Of a stretch of 64,000 nucleotides of DNA, positions 11,697 to 21,634 are shown piece by piece. Made by a program: the position numbers and the translations under genes. Source of the DNA: Deltaproteobacteria bacterium (GTDB lineage Bacteria > Desulfobacterota_D > UBA1144 > Nemesobacterales > CSP1-2); assembly GCA_052390235.1 (NCBI GenBank), contig JBQTHB010000005.1:384001-448000 (forward strand). Reading direction: 5' to 3'. How positions within the stretch are numbered: position 1 is the first letter of the stretch; each line of letters opens with the position of its first letter. The notes beneath the pieces were generated by a model that was given only the letters and a program-made list of their open reading frames with translations, made no database searches and was not told the DNA's origin.

Positions 11697-11712
11697 TGTA
11701 CGACATCCTACA
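11697..11712. promoter_or_regulatory. NifA-type enhancer TGT-N10-ACA upstream of nrtA
   Basis: TGTACGACATCCTACA within ACAACTTTGT..ACAATAATGT, 127 bp before the sigma54 GG. An extra ACAATTTTGT box lies at 11756-11765. Confidence 0.75.
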
Positions 11713-11822
11713 ATAATGTCGTTTCCTCGTGTTGCTCCCTCTGGCGAGCGAATCCACAATTTTGTAAATTTTTCCAATGAAATAGAGCGTTTTGCCTGTT
11801 TTATTGGCAGTCTGCCCTCGCT

Positions 11823-11838
11823 CGGCACGGCGATTGCA
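11823..11838 (+). promoter_or_regulatory. sigma54 (-24/-12) promoter of the nitrate ABC operon
   Basis: CGGCACGGCGATTGCA = GG-N10-GC, near-consensus. Confidence 0.85.
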
Positions 11839-11891
11839 AATCAATATACTGAGGCGCTAAGTCAATCAATACACCAGAGGAGGGAGATAAA

Positions 11892-13169
11892 GTGAGAAAA
11901 TCATCAGCAGGGAAACGTCTGAGCGTTACGCGCCGGGGCTTTTTGAAAGCTGCCGGAGCATCTGCCCTAGCCACTCTAGTGGCGGGAATGCCGCCGGGCT
12001 GGGTCGGCGGGGTCTATGCGGCGGACGGCCCTGAAACCCCGGACATCCGCTTCGGTATCATCGCCCTTACCGACTGCTCGTCCATTGTTATGGCGCACGA
12101 GCTTGGGCTATTCAAAAAATACGGCATCAACTCGATAATCTCGAAGGAAGCCTCTTGGGCTGTCATCCGCGATAAACTCACGCTCGGCGAAAATCAGGCC
12201 ACTCACATGCTCTTTGGCACCCCCTTCGCCTCCACAATGGGGCTTCAAGGCTCGCCCGTAAAACCTATGGTATTCCCCTTTTGCATCAACCACAACGGGC
12301 AGGCGATAACCCTCACCAAAGACCTCCTCGCCAAGGGCGTTAGAACCCCGAAGCAGATAAAACCCCTCGCCGACGCCGCTAACAAAAAAGGGGAGCCGAT
12401 GAGCTTTGCTATGACCTATCCCCCCGGCACTCACGCCATGTGGATGAGATACTGGCTTGCCTCGGGCGGCATCAACCCCGACAGAGACGTGTCGCTCATC
12501 ACGATACCGCCCCCTCAGATGGTCGCCAATATGAAAGTGGGCAAAATGGACGGATTCTGTGTCGGAGAGCCTTGGAACGCCCGCGCCATTTCTGACGGCA
12601 TAGGGTTTACGGCGATAACCACTCAGCAGATATGGAAAGACCACCCGGAAAAGGTGCTTGCCTTCACCGAGGAATTCGCCGCCAAAAACCCAAAAACCGT
12701 CAAGGCGATACTCCGGGCGATGATTGAATCGAGCAAGTTCATAGACAAGCTCGAGAACAGGGCGCAGGTAGCCGAGGTGGTCTCGAAGCCGCAGTACATA
12801 AATACCCCTCCGGCAACCCTACTGCCGCGCCTGCTGGGGAAATACGACTACGGCGATGGCAGACCCATTGAGGACGACCCGTACTATATGACCTTTTTCG
12901 ACAGGGACACGAACTTCCCGTGGAAATCTCACGGCGTGTGGTGGCTCAGCCAGTTCAGGCGCTGGGGGATGGTCAAAGAAGCGCCCGACTACAAGGGGTT
13001 GGTGAATAGGGTTATGAGGTCCGACATATACCGCGAAGTTGCCAAGGAAATGGGAGTAAGCGCGCCGGCGGAGGATATGAAAAAAGAGCTGTTTTTCGAC
13101 GGCATCGAGTTTGACCCGGCAACTCCTGAAGCCTATGCCAAGGGGTTTGCCGTCAAGAATATCGCCTAG
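11892..13169 (+). CDS. nrtA: NrtA/CmpA-family nitrate/nitrite ABC substrate-binding protein (Tat signal)
   Basis: TRRGFLK twin-arginine motif; GIIALTDC, GFCVGEPWN, WKDHPEK and FPWKSH motifs; nitrate cluster context. Confidence 0.88.
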   Translation: MRKSSAGKRLSVTRRGFLKAAGASALATLVAGMPPGWVGGVYAADGPETPDIRFGIIALTDCSSIVMAHELGLFKKYGINSIISKEASWAVIRDKLTLGENQATHMLFGTPFASTMGLQGSPVKPMVFPFCINHNGQAITLTKDLLAKGVRTPKQIKPLADAANKKGEPMSFAMTYPPGTHAMWMRYWLASGGINPDRDVSLITIPPPQMVANMKVGKMDGFCVGEPWNARAISDGIGFTAITTQQIWKDHPEKVLAFTEEFAAKNPKTVKAILRAMIESSKFIDKLENRAQVAEVVSKPQYINTPPATLLPRLLGKYDYGDGRPIEDDPYYMTFFDRDTNFPWKSHGVWWLSQFRRWGMVKEAPDYKGLVNRVMRSDIYREVAKEMGVSAPAEDMKKELFFDGIEFDPATPEAYAKGFAVKNIA

Positions 13170-13189
13170 CGCGGAGGGGGGTTTCAATA

Positions 13190-13966
13190 ATGGAAAAGCA
13201 AATTCAAAAAATCTCTCTCATCTTCTTTCCTCTGATTGGGTTAGGTCTGGCGCTGGTGGTGTGGACTCTGCTCAGCCACACGGTTGCCCCAGACCTCCCC
13301 TCCCCTTCTAGGACATGGGAGGAGAGTAAAAACTATGTGCTTCAGCCGTTCTTCAAAGAGGGCGAGATGAACCAAGGCATAGGACGGCTTGCGTACTATA
13401 GCCTCATCCGCGTTACAAAGGGCTACTTAATAGCGATTCTCATCGGAACGCCGATAGGGTTTATGCTGGGGCTGTCCGCTATGTTCTCAAAAACATTTGA
13501 CCCGATAATACAGATTTTGCGCCCTATATCGCCGCTTGCGTGGCTTCCTCTGGGGCTTGTGATGTTTCAGAAATCCGAGCCTGCCGCGCTGTTTACGATA
13601 GCCCTTTGCGCCATGTGGCCCACGGTGCTGAATACCGCCGTAGGGGTGAGGAGCATAAGCTCGGATTACCTAAACGTGGGGCGTGTGCTGAAGCTCTCGC
13701 GCTGGAAAATGCTCGTAAAAATTATTATTCCCGCCACGCTTCCATACGTCTTTACGGGGTATCGCCTCTCGCTGGGGCTTGCGTGGCTCGTTATAGTAGC
13801 CGCCGAGATGCTCACCGGAACTCCGGGCGTAGGGGGGTTTCTGTGGCAGGAGTACAACGCGCTCGTCTATTCGCACATCATTCTCTCCATTATCACCATT
13901 GGAGTTATCGGATTTCTCCTCGATAGGCTAATGAGCATGGTCGAGAGGAGATTTAAAACGGCGTAA
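13190..13966 (+). CDS. nrtB: Nitrate ABC transporter permease
   Basis: LRPISPLAWLP, WLVIVAAEML, GGFLWQEYN motifs. Confidence 0.9.
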   Translation: MEKQIQKISLIFFPLIGLGLALVVWTLLSHTVAPDLPSPSRTWEESKNYVLQPFFKEGEMNQGIGRLAYYSLIRVTKGYLIAILIGTPIGFMLGLSAMFSKTFDPIIQILRPISPLAWLPLGLVMFQKSEPAALFTIALCAMWPTVLNTAVGVRSISSDYLNVGRVLKLSRWKMLVKIIIPATLPYVFTGYRLSLGLAWLVIVAAEMLTGTPGVGGFLWQEYNALVYSHIILSIITIGVIGFLLDRLMSMVERRFKTA

Positions 13967-14019
13967 GAAATAGCGCGACGGCCGCTTCAGCTGATAATTT
14001 CGGATTCAAAGGAGATTTT

Positions 14020-14883
14020 ATGGCGTTTCTCGAATTGAAAAATATCGCAAAGAGTTTTTCGACTTCAGCCGGGCTAAAATCAGTCCTCAAGGGAGTGAAC
14101 CTCTCGATTCACAAAGGGGAGTTCGTTTCGATAGTGGGCTATTCGGGGTCTGGAAAAACCACTCTGATTTCGCTCGTGGCTGGGCTCCTTAAGCCGGACG
14201 AGGGGGAAATCCTCCTAGAGGGCAAGAGGATTGAATCCCCCGGTCCTGACAGGGGGGTGATATTTCAAAACTACTCGCTTCTGCCGTGGATGACGGTGTT
14301 TGAAAACGTATATCTCGCCGTTGAGGCCGTTGCAGTGGGGCTCGGAGCGGGGGAGAAAAAGGAGCGCGCCGAGTATTACATCCGAATGGTGAAGCTCCAA
14401 GACGCTATGCGAAAGCGCCCAAGCGAGCTTTCCGGCGGGATGCGCCAGCGCGTTGCGGTTGCTAGGGGGTTTGCCATGGAGCCCAAGGCGCTACTTCTGG
14501 ACGAGCCTTTCAGCGCCCTTGACGCCCTCACGCGGGCAACGCTTCAGGATGAACTCGCGCGGATTTGGGCCGAAACCGGCAAGACTGTGGTGATGATAAC
14601 AAACGACGTGGACGAGGCGATACTCCTCGCGAACCGGATATTTCCGCTCACCTCAGCCCCGTCTGCGACCTTGGGATGCGAGATTCCGGTCTCGATACCG
14701 CGCCCGCGCATTCGTCGGGATTTAAACCTCGACCCCGAATATCAGAAGGCGCGCCGCTCAATAGTGGACTTTCTCATCGGGCGCAGGGCTTCTAGGGACA
14801 AGAGGGCATCCTCGATTTCCGATATAGCGCAAATGCAGAGGCGCCCCGAGAAAAAGGCCAGTATTTTGCAAGGAGAAATTTAG
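14020..14883 (+). CDS. Nitrate ABC transporter ATP-binding protein (NrtC/D-like)
   Basis: GYSGSGKT, LSGGMRQR, LLDEPFSALD. Confidence 0.9.
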   Translation: MAFLELKNIAKSFSTSAGLKSVLKGVNLSIHKGEFVSIVGYSGSGKTTLISLVAGLLKPDEGEILLEGKRIESPGPDRGVIFQNYSLLPWMTVFENVYLAVEAVAVGLGAGEKKERAEYYIRMVKLQDAMRKRPSELSGGMRQRVAVARGFAMEPKALLLDEPFSALDALTRATLQDELARIWAETGKTVVMITNDVDEAILLANRIFPLTSAPSATLGCEIPVSIPRPRIRRDLNLDPEYQKARRSIVDFLIGRRASRDKRASSISDIAQMQRRPEKKASILQGEI

Positions 14884-14885
14884 CG

Positions 14886-15887
14886 ATGGCGCAAATTCAA
14901 GCCGTTAAATCAATCCGTGAAAATCCCCCTCGGAAGGCGGCAAAAATAACCTCCGGCGAGAGCTTCTTAGAACTCACGGGGCTTGGCAAGACCTACGAAA
15001 CCCCCCAGGGCCCAGCCGTAATAGTCAAGGATTTCAATCTCCGCATCAGGGAGCGGGAGTTCGTCTCCATAATCGGGCATTCGGGGTGCGGCAAGTCCAC
15101 GATTCTCTCGATAGTCATGGGGCTTAACGAAGCCACCGAGGGCGGGGTCATTATTGCCGGCAGGGAAATTAACGGCCCGGGCGTGGACAGGGGGGTGGTT
15201 TTTCAGTCCCCCTCGCTTCTGCCGTGGATGACGGCGCGCGAAAACGTGATTCTCTCCGTCGCGCAGGTTAAACACGGGGCGAGTCAGTTGGAGATGAAAA
15301 ATCTCGCCGATGAGTATCTTCGCCTCGTGGGACTCGACGGCGCGGGCGACACTTACCCAAATGAACTGTCGGCTGGGATGCGCCAGAGGGTTGGGATTGC
15401 CAGAGCTTTTGCGCTTGAGCCCAAGGCGCTACTTCTGGATGAGCCGTTCAGCCTGCTCGATGCCCTTACCCGAATGGAGCTTCAGGACGAGCTTGTCCGC
15501 CTCTTGGAGCGGGATTCGAGAACCGTGCTTATGGTAACCCACGACGTGGACGAGGCGCTCCTGCTCTCAGACCGCATTGTGATGATGACAAGCGGCCCCG
15601 CCGCTACCATCGGCGAGATTATGGAAGTTCCATTTGCAAAGCCGAGAAACCGCATCGAGGCGCTGAACCATCCCGACTATTACCTGCTCCGAGACCGGCT
15701 GACCTCGTTTCTTGAGGAGAGGGCGTTTCGCGGCGGTGAACCCTCAGAGGCTGGGAGTCCGTACTCGGTCGCAGCAACGCCAAGCGCGGAGGAATCGCTT
15801 GCGGCGCTTGGGCGCGAGCAGAGATTCATCGTGGAGAAATACACGGGGATTAACCGCTTTAGGGGGAAGTACAGAGACACTTACTGA
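14886..15887 (+). CDS. Nitrate ABC transporter ATP-binding protein (NrtC/D-like)
   Basis: GHSGCGKS, LSAGMRQR, DEPF, VTHDVDE; short C-terminal tail. Confidence 0.9.
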   Translation: MAQIQAVKSIRENPPRKAAKITSGESFLELTGLGKTYETPQGPAVIVKDFNLRIREREFVSIIGHSGCGKSTILSIVMGLNEATEGGVIIAGREINGPGVDRGVVFQSPSLLPWMTARENVILSVAQVKHGASQLEMKNLADEYLRLVGLDGAGDTYPNELSAGMRQRVGIARAFALEPKALLLDEPFSLLDALTRMELQDELVRLLERDSRTVLMVTHDVDEALLLSDRIVMMTSGPAATIGEIMEVPFAKPRNRIEALNHPDYYLLRDRLTSFLEERAFRGGEPSEAGSPYSVAATPSAEESLAALGREQRFIVEKYTGINRFRGKYRDTY

Positions 15888-16071
15888 TGCGGCCGCTCTT
15901 TCTGAGCCGAATCCTAGGGATGCCCGACGCCGCGCGATGCGAACTCAGGGAGAGAGCGACCGTCAAATGAATTTGCGGCGCGCTGACCCACCCTCTTTTC
16001 CAACTATATGAAGTAGATAGATAGAGAGAGACTAAAATCTGAAAAACAACAGTAGTTAAAGGAGAGTGGAG

Positions 16072-17538
16072 ATGAAAAATCTATTAGGGATGGCCTGTCT
16101 TGCAGGATGCTGGCTCGCTTTGATGTTTATCCCTCAGGCTCGCACGGTTCAGGGGGCGGAAATCTTGGCGACGCAGACGGCTCTCAAAGCCAAGGGCGGG
16201 GTGAATCTGCGCGTCAGAAGTGAGTTCTGGGATACTTTTGAGAGGCAGGGCGTAGAGACGGACGACACCTATAACTTCCTCATTACGAGGGCGAGGGGGT
16301 TTGCAGACCTCAGCTACGGCAAATTTACGTTTCACATGATGGTTCAATTCGTAAACGGGATAAATTTCCCGGACGAGGGCGCATTTGGCCCGGGCCCCGC
16401 GTATTTCACATCGAGCGATAGGGACGAGAACGCCACTAGCCTCCAGCTCGTAGAACTCAGCCTTCAGGCAAGGGACGTCATCGCCCCGGGAACTTACCTT
16501 AATCTGGGGCGCATCGGCATTCAAGACGGGCTTGAGGTTCAATACGCCTCAGCGCCGAAGATTAACTGGCTCAAAAAGTGGAGACTCTCGGAGCGTCTCA
16601 TCGGCACTGCCGAGTGGCCCAACGTGGCTAGGAGGTTCGATGGCGGCGTTATCGGCTACGGCAACAAGTATTTGGATTTAAACCTATTCTGGGCGAGCGT
16701 TCTCGAAGGGGTTTTCGACTTTGACGACGGCTACGAGCATCTCGACAAGACGGCTGTTGCGGGGGCGACACTCACGCTGAAGAAATGCTCGCTCATTTCG
16801 GATACTGAAATCCGCGCGTTTAATTATTTCTACTTCGATAGCCGCGACCCGGCTAAGACCGTCGCCGGGGACGATATTGAAATCAACACCACTGGGGCGA
16901 GCGTTGTCGGGGCTTATAAAGTGGGTCCCGGCGAGGCGGATCTGCTCCTCTGGGGGGCATATCAATTCGGCAACTTCGGAGAGTCCGACCAGCAGGCTTA
17001 CGGGTTCATCACAGAGGCGGGCTACCAACTACTTCAAATGGCGTGGAAGCCGTGGCTGAGGGTCGGATTTGCCTACGCCTCTGGCGACGATAACCCCTCG
17101 GACTCGGACAACGGGTCGTTTTTTAACCTCGTGCCGACGAATCACAAATATTACGGCTCCGTTGACGCGCTTGCCTTCAGCAACCTCCAGAACTACTACG
17201 CCCAGCTTATTCTCACTCCGAGTCCTAAAGTAACCCTCGCCCTTGACGGTCATTATTTCCGCCTCGCCTCGGACGACTCGTTCTGGACTGGCGGCACAGG
17301 GGCATTTAATAATCTCGCCTTCGGCTACAACTCCTTTAGACCCGTCGCCGGAGAGCAGATTGACGACGACCTAGGGGCTGAGGTTGACGTTACCCTTACC
17401 GTGAAGCCCGCCGATTTCCTCTCGGTTGAGGTCGGATATTCGCGCTTCTTCGGGCGGGACGGCGTGAGTGCGGTATTCGACGGCGAGGACCAGCTCAATT
17501 GGTTTTATGTGCAGTCGGTGGTGAGCTTCACGAGATAG
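16072..17538 (+). CDS. Alginate-export-family outer membrane beta-barrel
   Basis: Signal peptide; SERLIG..EWPNVARRFDG and ASGDD..D...F....PTNHKYYG motifs; aromatic C-terminal strand. Start uncertain (16066 or 16072). Confidence 0.75.
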   Translation: MKNLLGMACLAGCWLALMFIPQARTVQGAEILATQTALKAKGGVNLRVRSEFWDTFERQGVETDDTYNFLITRARGFADLSYGKFTFHMMVQFVNGINFPDEGAFGPGPAYFTSSDRDENATSLQLVELSLQARDVIAPGTYLNLGRIGIQDGLEVQYASAPKINWLKKWRLSERLIGTAEWPNVARRFDGGVIGYGNKYLDLNLFWASVLEGVFDFDDGYEHLDKTAVAGATLTLKKCSLISDTEIRAFNYFYFDSRDPAKTVAGDDIEINTTGASVVGAYKVGPGEADLLLWGAYQFGNFGESDQQAYGFITEAGYQLLQMAWKPWLRVGFAYASGDDNPSDSDNGSFFNLVPTNHKYYGSVDALAFSNLQNYYAQLILTPSPKVTLALDGHYFRLASDDSFWTGGTGAFNNLAFGYNSFRPVAGEQIDDDLGAEVDVTLTVKPADFLSVEVGYSRFFGRDGVSAVFDGEDQLNWFYVQSVVSFTR

Positions 17539-17587
17539 CAAAATTATGACGGTTATCCTGCGGCGTAATCTGCGCGCCCATTTAATT

Positions 17588-17633
17588 CTCCCTAGCTCCT
17601 GTGATAGATTATCAGATAAAAAGAGCTAGGGAG
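17588..17633 (+). promoter_or_regulatory. 11-bp inverted repeat covering the Shine-Dalgarno of the TonB receptor gene
   Basis: CTCCCTAGCTC (17588-17598) pairs with GAGCTAGGGAG (17623-17633); the loop contains TGATAGATTATCA. Confidence 0.5.
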
Positions 17634-17643
17634 CGCCGCCGCA

Positions 17644-19767
17644 ATGCCGATAGTCAAATTACTGCTGATTTTAGCGTTTCTCATGCCGTCCATGACCAAA
17701 CTCGCCCTCGCCGAAGAAAACGACTCCCCTGCTCTGCCCGAAGTCCTCGTCGAGGAGCAGAGGGATGCGGGCTACGGCGTTCGAGATTCCACGGCTCTCA
17801 AATCCGCGGGTTCAATCTTTGAAGCGCCGCTCTCGGTTACGGTAATTGACGAGAATTTAATCCGAGACCAAAAAACGCTGAGGCTTCAGGACGCCATAGC
17901 CAATGTTTCGGGGGCAGTCCCCGGCGACTCCGGCGCGAGCCTTACGCCGTATTTACTGCGCGGTTTCAGGGCTGAGGTTCAGAGAAACGGATTCACCCAG
18001 AGCCGGTTTCTGTTCTATAACATTTTCCAAGAGGAACTAGCCAACGCACAGAGGGTTGAGGTTCTCAAAGGGGCGTCGTCAGCTCTCTACGGCAACGCTG
18101 GAGCGGGTGGGGCGATAAACGTCATTACGAAAAAGCCTCTGCCCTATTTCTACTCCTCTGCCGCGTTGGATTTCGGGGATTTCGGCTTAATTCGCCCCTC
18201 GGCGGACGTATCAGCCCCCATCAATTCGGCTAAGACTCTCCTTCTGCGCCTCAGCGCGTCCTACGAGGATTCCGGCAGTTTCAGGGATTTTATCGGCTCA
18301 AAGCGGTGGCTTATCGCTCCCGTGCTTGCGTGGGAAATCCGCCCGGGCTCTACATTAACCCTAGAGGGGGAGTATCTGGACATCGCCGAGCCGTTTGACT
18401 CAGGGCTAGTCGCCGTAGGAGGGGGACTCGCCGATATTCCCTTGAGCCGCAATTTAGCCGAGCCCTCGGACAGGGACGAGAGCCGAAGAGGGATACTCGA
18501 GGCGACGCTTGAGACGGATTTGGGTGCCGGAGCCGCGATGCGAAACATCTTGCGCTTCAACAGTGCGCGCGCGGAGCAGTTTAACCACACCCCTGGGTTT
18601 CTCCTGCCCGACGACAGGACTCTGTCCCGTTTTATAGTTGACCTTGATTTTACGAGCCGGATTTACGCAACCCGCAATGAAATTGTGCTCAAACCCCGCT
18701 TCGGCTCGGTCTCGAGCGAAATTTTGCTGGGCGCGGAGTATTCGAGGGAGGATTTTGATACCCTAGCCCGAACCGCCCCCGGAGCAGACATTGACATCTT
18801 CAGCCCCGAATACGGCAGTGTCCCTCCGTTCGGCGGCTCTGCTCTGCCTACTTTCGATATTACCGGACAGCTCGATTCTCTCGCCGTCTATGCCCAAAGC
18901 CGCCTCGCTCTGCCGTATAATCTCCATCTCGTCGCGGGCGGGAGGGTTGACCTCTACGACCAGGACATAGAAAACGAGGCGGGGACGCGGTTCGGCGCAT
19001 TCGAGCATGAGGAGCGGGGCAGGGAATTTAGCCCCAGGGTCGGTTTATCGTATCAGCCTCTGCCGTGGATTTCCATATATTCGAGCTACGGAGAGTCCTT
19101 TAATTTCCTCTTCAGCTCAGGGCTTCAGCCCGACGGCTCTGTACTTGCTCCTGAAACATCCAAGCAATTTGAGGGGGGGGTAAAGCTCGATCTGTGGGCG
19201 AGCCGCCTTGCCTCGACGCTCTCGGTCTATCGAATTGACGCTCGAAACACCCCGGTATCCGACCCCGTGAACGGCGCGCTCTTCTCGGTTCAGGTTGATA
19301 GGCAGAGGAGCGAGGGCGTGGAGCTGGATTTGACCGCCTCCATTGCTCAGGGATTACGCCTCACAGCGTCCTATGCCTACTCGGATGCCCGCGTGCTAGA
19401 AGACGATTTTTTCGATGCCGGACTCGTCGCTCCCGGTGTGCCTAGGCATTCGGCGAGCCTTTGGGCGGCATATACGATCTCTTCCGGCGCGCTCGGAGGG
19501 GCGGGCATCGGAGCGGGATTCTTCGCCTCCGAGGGGCGGGAGGGCGACCTGCAAAACACATTTAGCCTCGGCGATTTCGTCCGCTTTGACGCCGCTATTT
19601 ACTATGAAAGGGCAATTGCTGGGCTCGGACGGGCGGAGGCGTCGGTGCATTTCAAAAATATAACGGACGAGCGGTATATTGAGAATTCCGGCTCTAGGCT
19701 CAATGTTTCCCCCGGAGCGCCGTTTGCAATCCTCGGCGGGCTTAGGGTGCGCCTCGGCGGCGATTAG
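17644..19767 (+). CDS. TonB-dependent receptor (siderophore-receptor-like)
   Basis: Signal peptide, plug motif RVEVLKGASSALYG..AGGAINVITKKP, barrel ending NITDERY...PGAP. Confidence 0.9.
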   Translation: MPIVKLLLILAFLMPSMTKLALAEENDSPALPEVLVEEQRDAGYGVRDSTALKSAGSIFEAPLSVTVIDENLIRDQKTLRLQDAIANVSGAVPGDSGASLTPYLLRGFRAEVQRNGFTQSRFLFYNIFQEELANAQRVEVLKGASSALYGNAGAGGAINVITKKPLPYFYSSAALDFGDFGLIRPSADVSAPINSAKTLLLRLSASYEDSGSFRDFIGSKRWLIAPVLAWEIRPGSTLTLEGEYLDIAEPFDSGLVAVGGGLADIPLSRNLAEPSDRDESRRGILEATLETDLGAGAAMRNILRFNSARAEQFNHTPGFLLPDDRTLSRFIVDLDFTSRIYATRNEIVLKPRFGSVSSEILLGAEYSREDFDTLARTAPGADIDIFSPEYGSVPPFGGSALPTFDITGQLDSLAVYAQSRLALPYNLHLVAGGRVDLYDQDIENEAGTRFGAFEHEERGREFSPRVGLSYQPLPWISIYSSYGESFNFLFSSGLQPDGSVLAPETSKQFEGGVKLDLWASRLASTLSVYRIDARNTPVSDPVNGALFSVQVDRQRSEGVELDLTASIAQGLRLTASYAYSDARVLEDDFFDAGLVAPGVPRHSASLWAAYTISSGALGGAGIGAGFFASEGREGDLQNTFSLGDFVRFDAAIYYERAIAGLGRAEASVHFKNITDERYIENSGSRLNVSPGAPFAILGGLRVRLGGD

Positions 19768-19908
19768 AGGCATATCTCGGTACAAGGAGAGGGGCAACAG
19801 GGGGGGACTGCAGGGCTGGTAAACCCGTCGCTTCTCGCTGTTCCTCTTGGGTCTGTGAGTGCTAAATCCTGCCTCATGGCGGCAGCGGCGTAGGTTTGGA
19901 TTCAATTT

Positions 19909-19924
19909 TGTATGTTTTCTTACA
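19909..19924. promoter_or_regulatory. NifA-type enhancer TGT-N10-ACA upstream of narK
   Basis: TGTATGTTTTCTTACA within CAATTTTGT..ACAAAATTGT, 126 bp before the GG. Confidence 0.75.
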
Positions 19925-20033
19925 AAATTGTAATTCCTACTGGGGTTTTTTTGTCTGCCGATTTTGCGCCGCATCCCAAATATTCCATTGATTCAAGCCT
20001 CTTACGGCTACTCGCTTAATTCCCCCAACGCTC

Positions 20034-20049
20034 TGGCATAGCAATTGCC
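20034..20049 (+). promoter_or_regulatory. sigma54 promoter of the MFS nitrate transporter
   Basis: TGGCATAGCAATTGCC = GG-N10-GC. Confidence 0.85.
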
Positions 20050-20142
20050 CTAAATATCCATCAGATGAGAGCATTAAACGCCGGGTGAGATTCACCGAGC
20101 CTCTCTCGGCGCAGGGGCAAAAACTTCAAAGGAGGCAGTGCC

Positions 20143-21357
20143 ATGAGAGATTTCCTTAGAGCGGGGAACTTACGCACCCTGTTCAGCGCATTCCTATATT
20201 TCGATATTAGCTTTATGGTCTGGGTTATGCTTGGGGCTTTGGGCGTGTTCATTTCAGAGGAGTTTGGACTCACGCCCGCCGAGAAGGGGCTGATGGTAGC
20301 CATTCCGATTTTAGGAGGCTCGCTCCTGAGGATTCCGATGGGAATCTGCGCGGACAGGTTCGGGGGCAAGAAAACGGCCCTCTTTGGGCAGGCGGCGACG
20401 CTCATACCGCTTATTTTGGGGTGGAAATTTGCCGATTCTATGTCGGATGTATATGCCGTGGGGCTTTTGCTCGGGGTCGCCGGCGCGAGCTTCTCGGTGG
20501 CTCTGCCCCTTGCGAGCAGGTGGTATCCGCCTCGGTATCAGGGGCTTGCTATGGGCATTGCCGGGGCGGGCAACAGCGGCACGGTGCTGTCCGTATTTTT
20601 CGCCCCTAGGATTGCCGAAACCCTCGGCTGGCACGCCGTGTTTGGATTAGCTATTATCCCAATGGTTGTGATGTCGGCGCTATTTATACTGATGGCAAAG
20701 GATAGCCCCTCGCAGCCGGAGCCCAAGAGGCTCTCGGCATATTTTAAGCCGATGAAAACAAAAGACGCATGGCTATTTAACTTCTTCTATGCCATAACTT
20801 TCGGCGGATTCGTCGGGCTTGCGAGTTTTCTGCCGATATTTTTCCACGACCAGTACGGGCAGGATAAAGTGATGTCGGGCAATCTCACCGCGCTCTGCGT
20901 GCTTGCCGGCAGTTTTATCCGTCCGGTGGGCGGGTATTTAGCCGACAGGTTCGGGGGGGTGAGGGTGCTTGCCGGCGTCTATCTGGCGGTGGGGGCGCTG
21001 GCTTTTTCTATGTCTCATCTGCCCTCTCTTCAGTCAGCGGTTGCGACCCTGTTTCTCATGGCGCTGTTTCTGGGATGCGGCAACGGCTCGGTGTTTCAAC
21101 TCGTGCCTCTTAGGTTTAAGAACGACGTCGGTGTAATTACAGGTCTTGTCGGGGCTTTCGGCGGTCTCGGAGGGTTTTTACTGCCCAATATTCTGGGGAC
21201 GTTCAAGTCCTTGACCGGCACTTATTCATGGGGTTTTATCGTGTTCTGCTCAATAGCCGTATTTGCGGCTTTTGTGCTGATAGCGGTCAATAGGGCGCTT
21301 TGGGCAAAAGAGGAGTGGAAGGAGTCTTCGGCTGCTACGGGCGCGGCGGTAAATTAA
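20143..21357 (+). CDS. narK: NarK/NasA-family nitrate/nitrite MFS transporter
   Basis: FLYFDISFMVW, GVAGASF, GAGNSG, YAITFGGFVG and GNGSVFQLVP nitrate-porter signatures. Confidence 0.9.
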   Translation: MRDFLRAGNLRTLFSAFLYFDISFMVWVMLGALGVFISEEFGLTPAEKGLMVAIPILGGSLLRIPMGICADRFGGKKTALFGQAATLIPLILGWKFADSMSDVYAVGLLLGVAGASFSVALPLASRWYPPRYQGLAMGIAGAGNSGTVLSVFFAPRIAETLGWHAVFGLAIIPMVVMSALFILMAKDSPSQPEPKRLSAYFKPMKTKDAWLFNFFYAITFGGFVGLASFLPIFFHDQYGQDKVMSGNLTALCVLAGSFIRPVGGYLADRFGGVRVLAGVYLAVGALAFSMSHLPSLQSAVATLFLMALFLGCGNGSVFQLVPLRFKNDVGVITGLVGAFGGLGGFLLPNILGTFKSLTGTYSWGFIVFCSIAVFAAFVLIAVNRALWAKEEWKESSAATGAAVN

Positions 21358-21371
21358 ATAAACCAATCACA

Positions 21372-21426
21372 GCGGGGCAGGGAGCGGCGAATGAGATGTC
21401 TGCGCCCCGTCCCCCCCCTTTTTTTT
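21372..21426 (+). terminator. Probable intrinsic terminator after narK
   Basis: GCGGGGC...GCCCCGT imperfect stem followed by a C run and a T8 run. Confidence 0.45.
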
Positions 21427-21485
21427 CTCAATTCATAGTAATTCCCAAACGCGCCGCAAATAATCTGTGGGCGGGTTGATAATTT

Positions 21486-21501
21486 TGCGGAGTTTCTTAC
21501 A
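21486..21501. promoter_or_regulatory. NifA-type enhancer (TGC-N10-ACA) upstream of the candidate sRNA
   Basis: Shares TTTCTTACAAAATTGTA(A/G)TTCC with the narK enhancer; 124 bp before the GG. Confidence 0.7.
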
Positions 21502-21608
21502 AAATTGTAGTTCCCTCTCGTGGTTTAATTTCTCAATGGGATTCGCCGATTTCCAAATATCTATTAATTACGGGATGTTATAGCTATTTCATCATTCCTG
21601 AGGCGATG

Positions 21609-21624
21609 CGGCATGGAACTTGCA
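21609..21624 (+). promoter_or_regulatory. sigma54 promoter with no downstream protein-coding gene
   Basis: CGGCATGGAACTTGCA = GG-N10-GC. Confidence 0.8.
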
Positions 21625-21634
21625 ACTTCTCTAT

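Noticed and set aside
11527..11844. Two 105-117-aa minus-strand ORFs upstream of yceD
   Set aside because: No recognisable motifs; they overlap the enhancer and sigma54 promoter of nrtA.
20060..20142. ANTAR (NasT/NasR) antitermination hairpins in nitrate leaders
   Set aside because: Hairpins are present but lack the twin hexaloop pattern and a following terminator; no ANTAR gene in the window.
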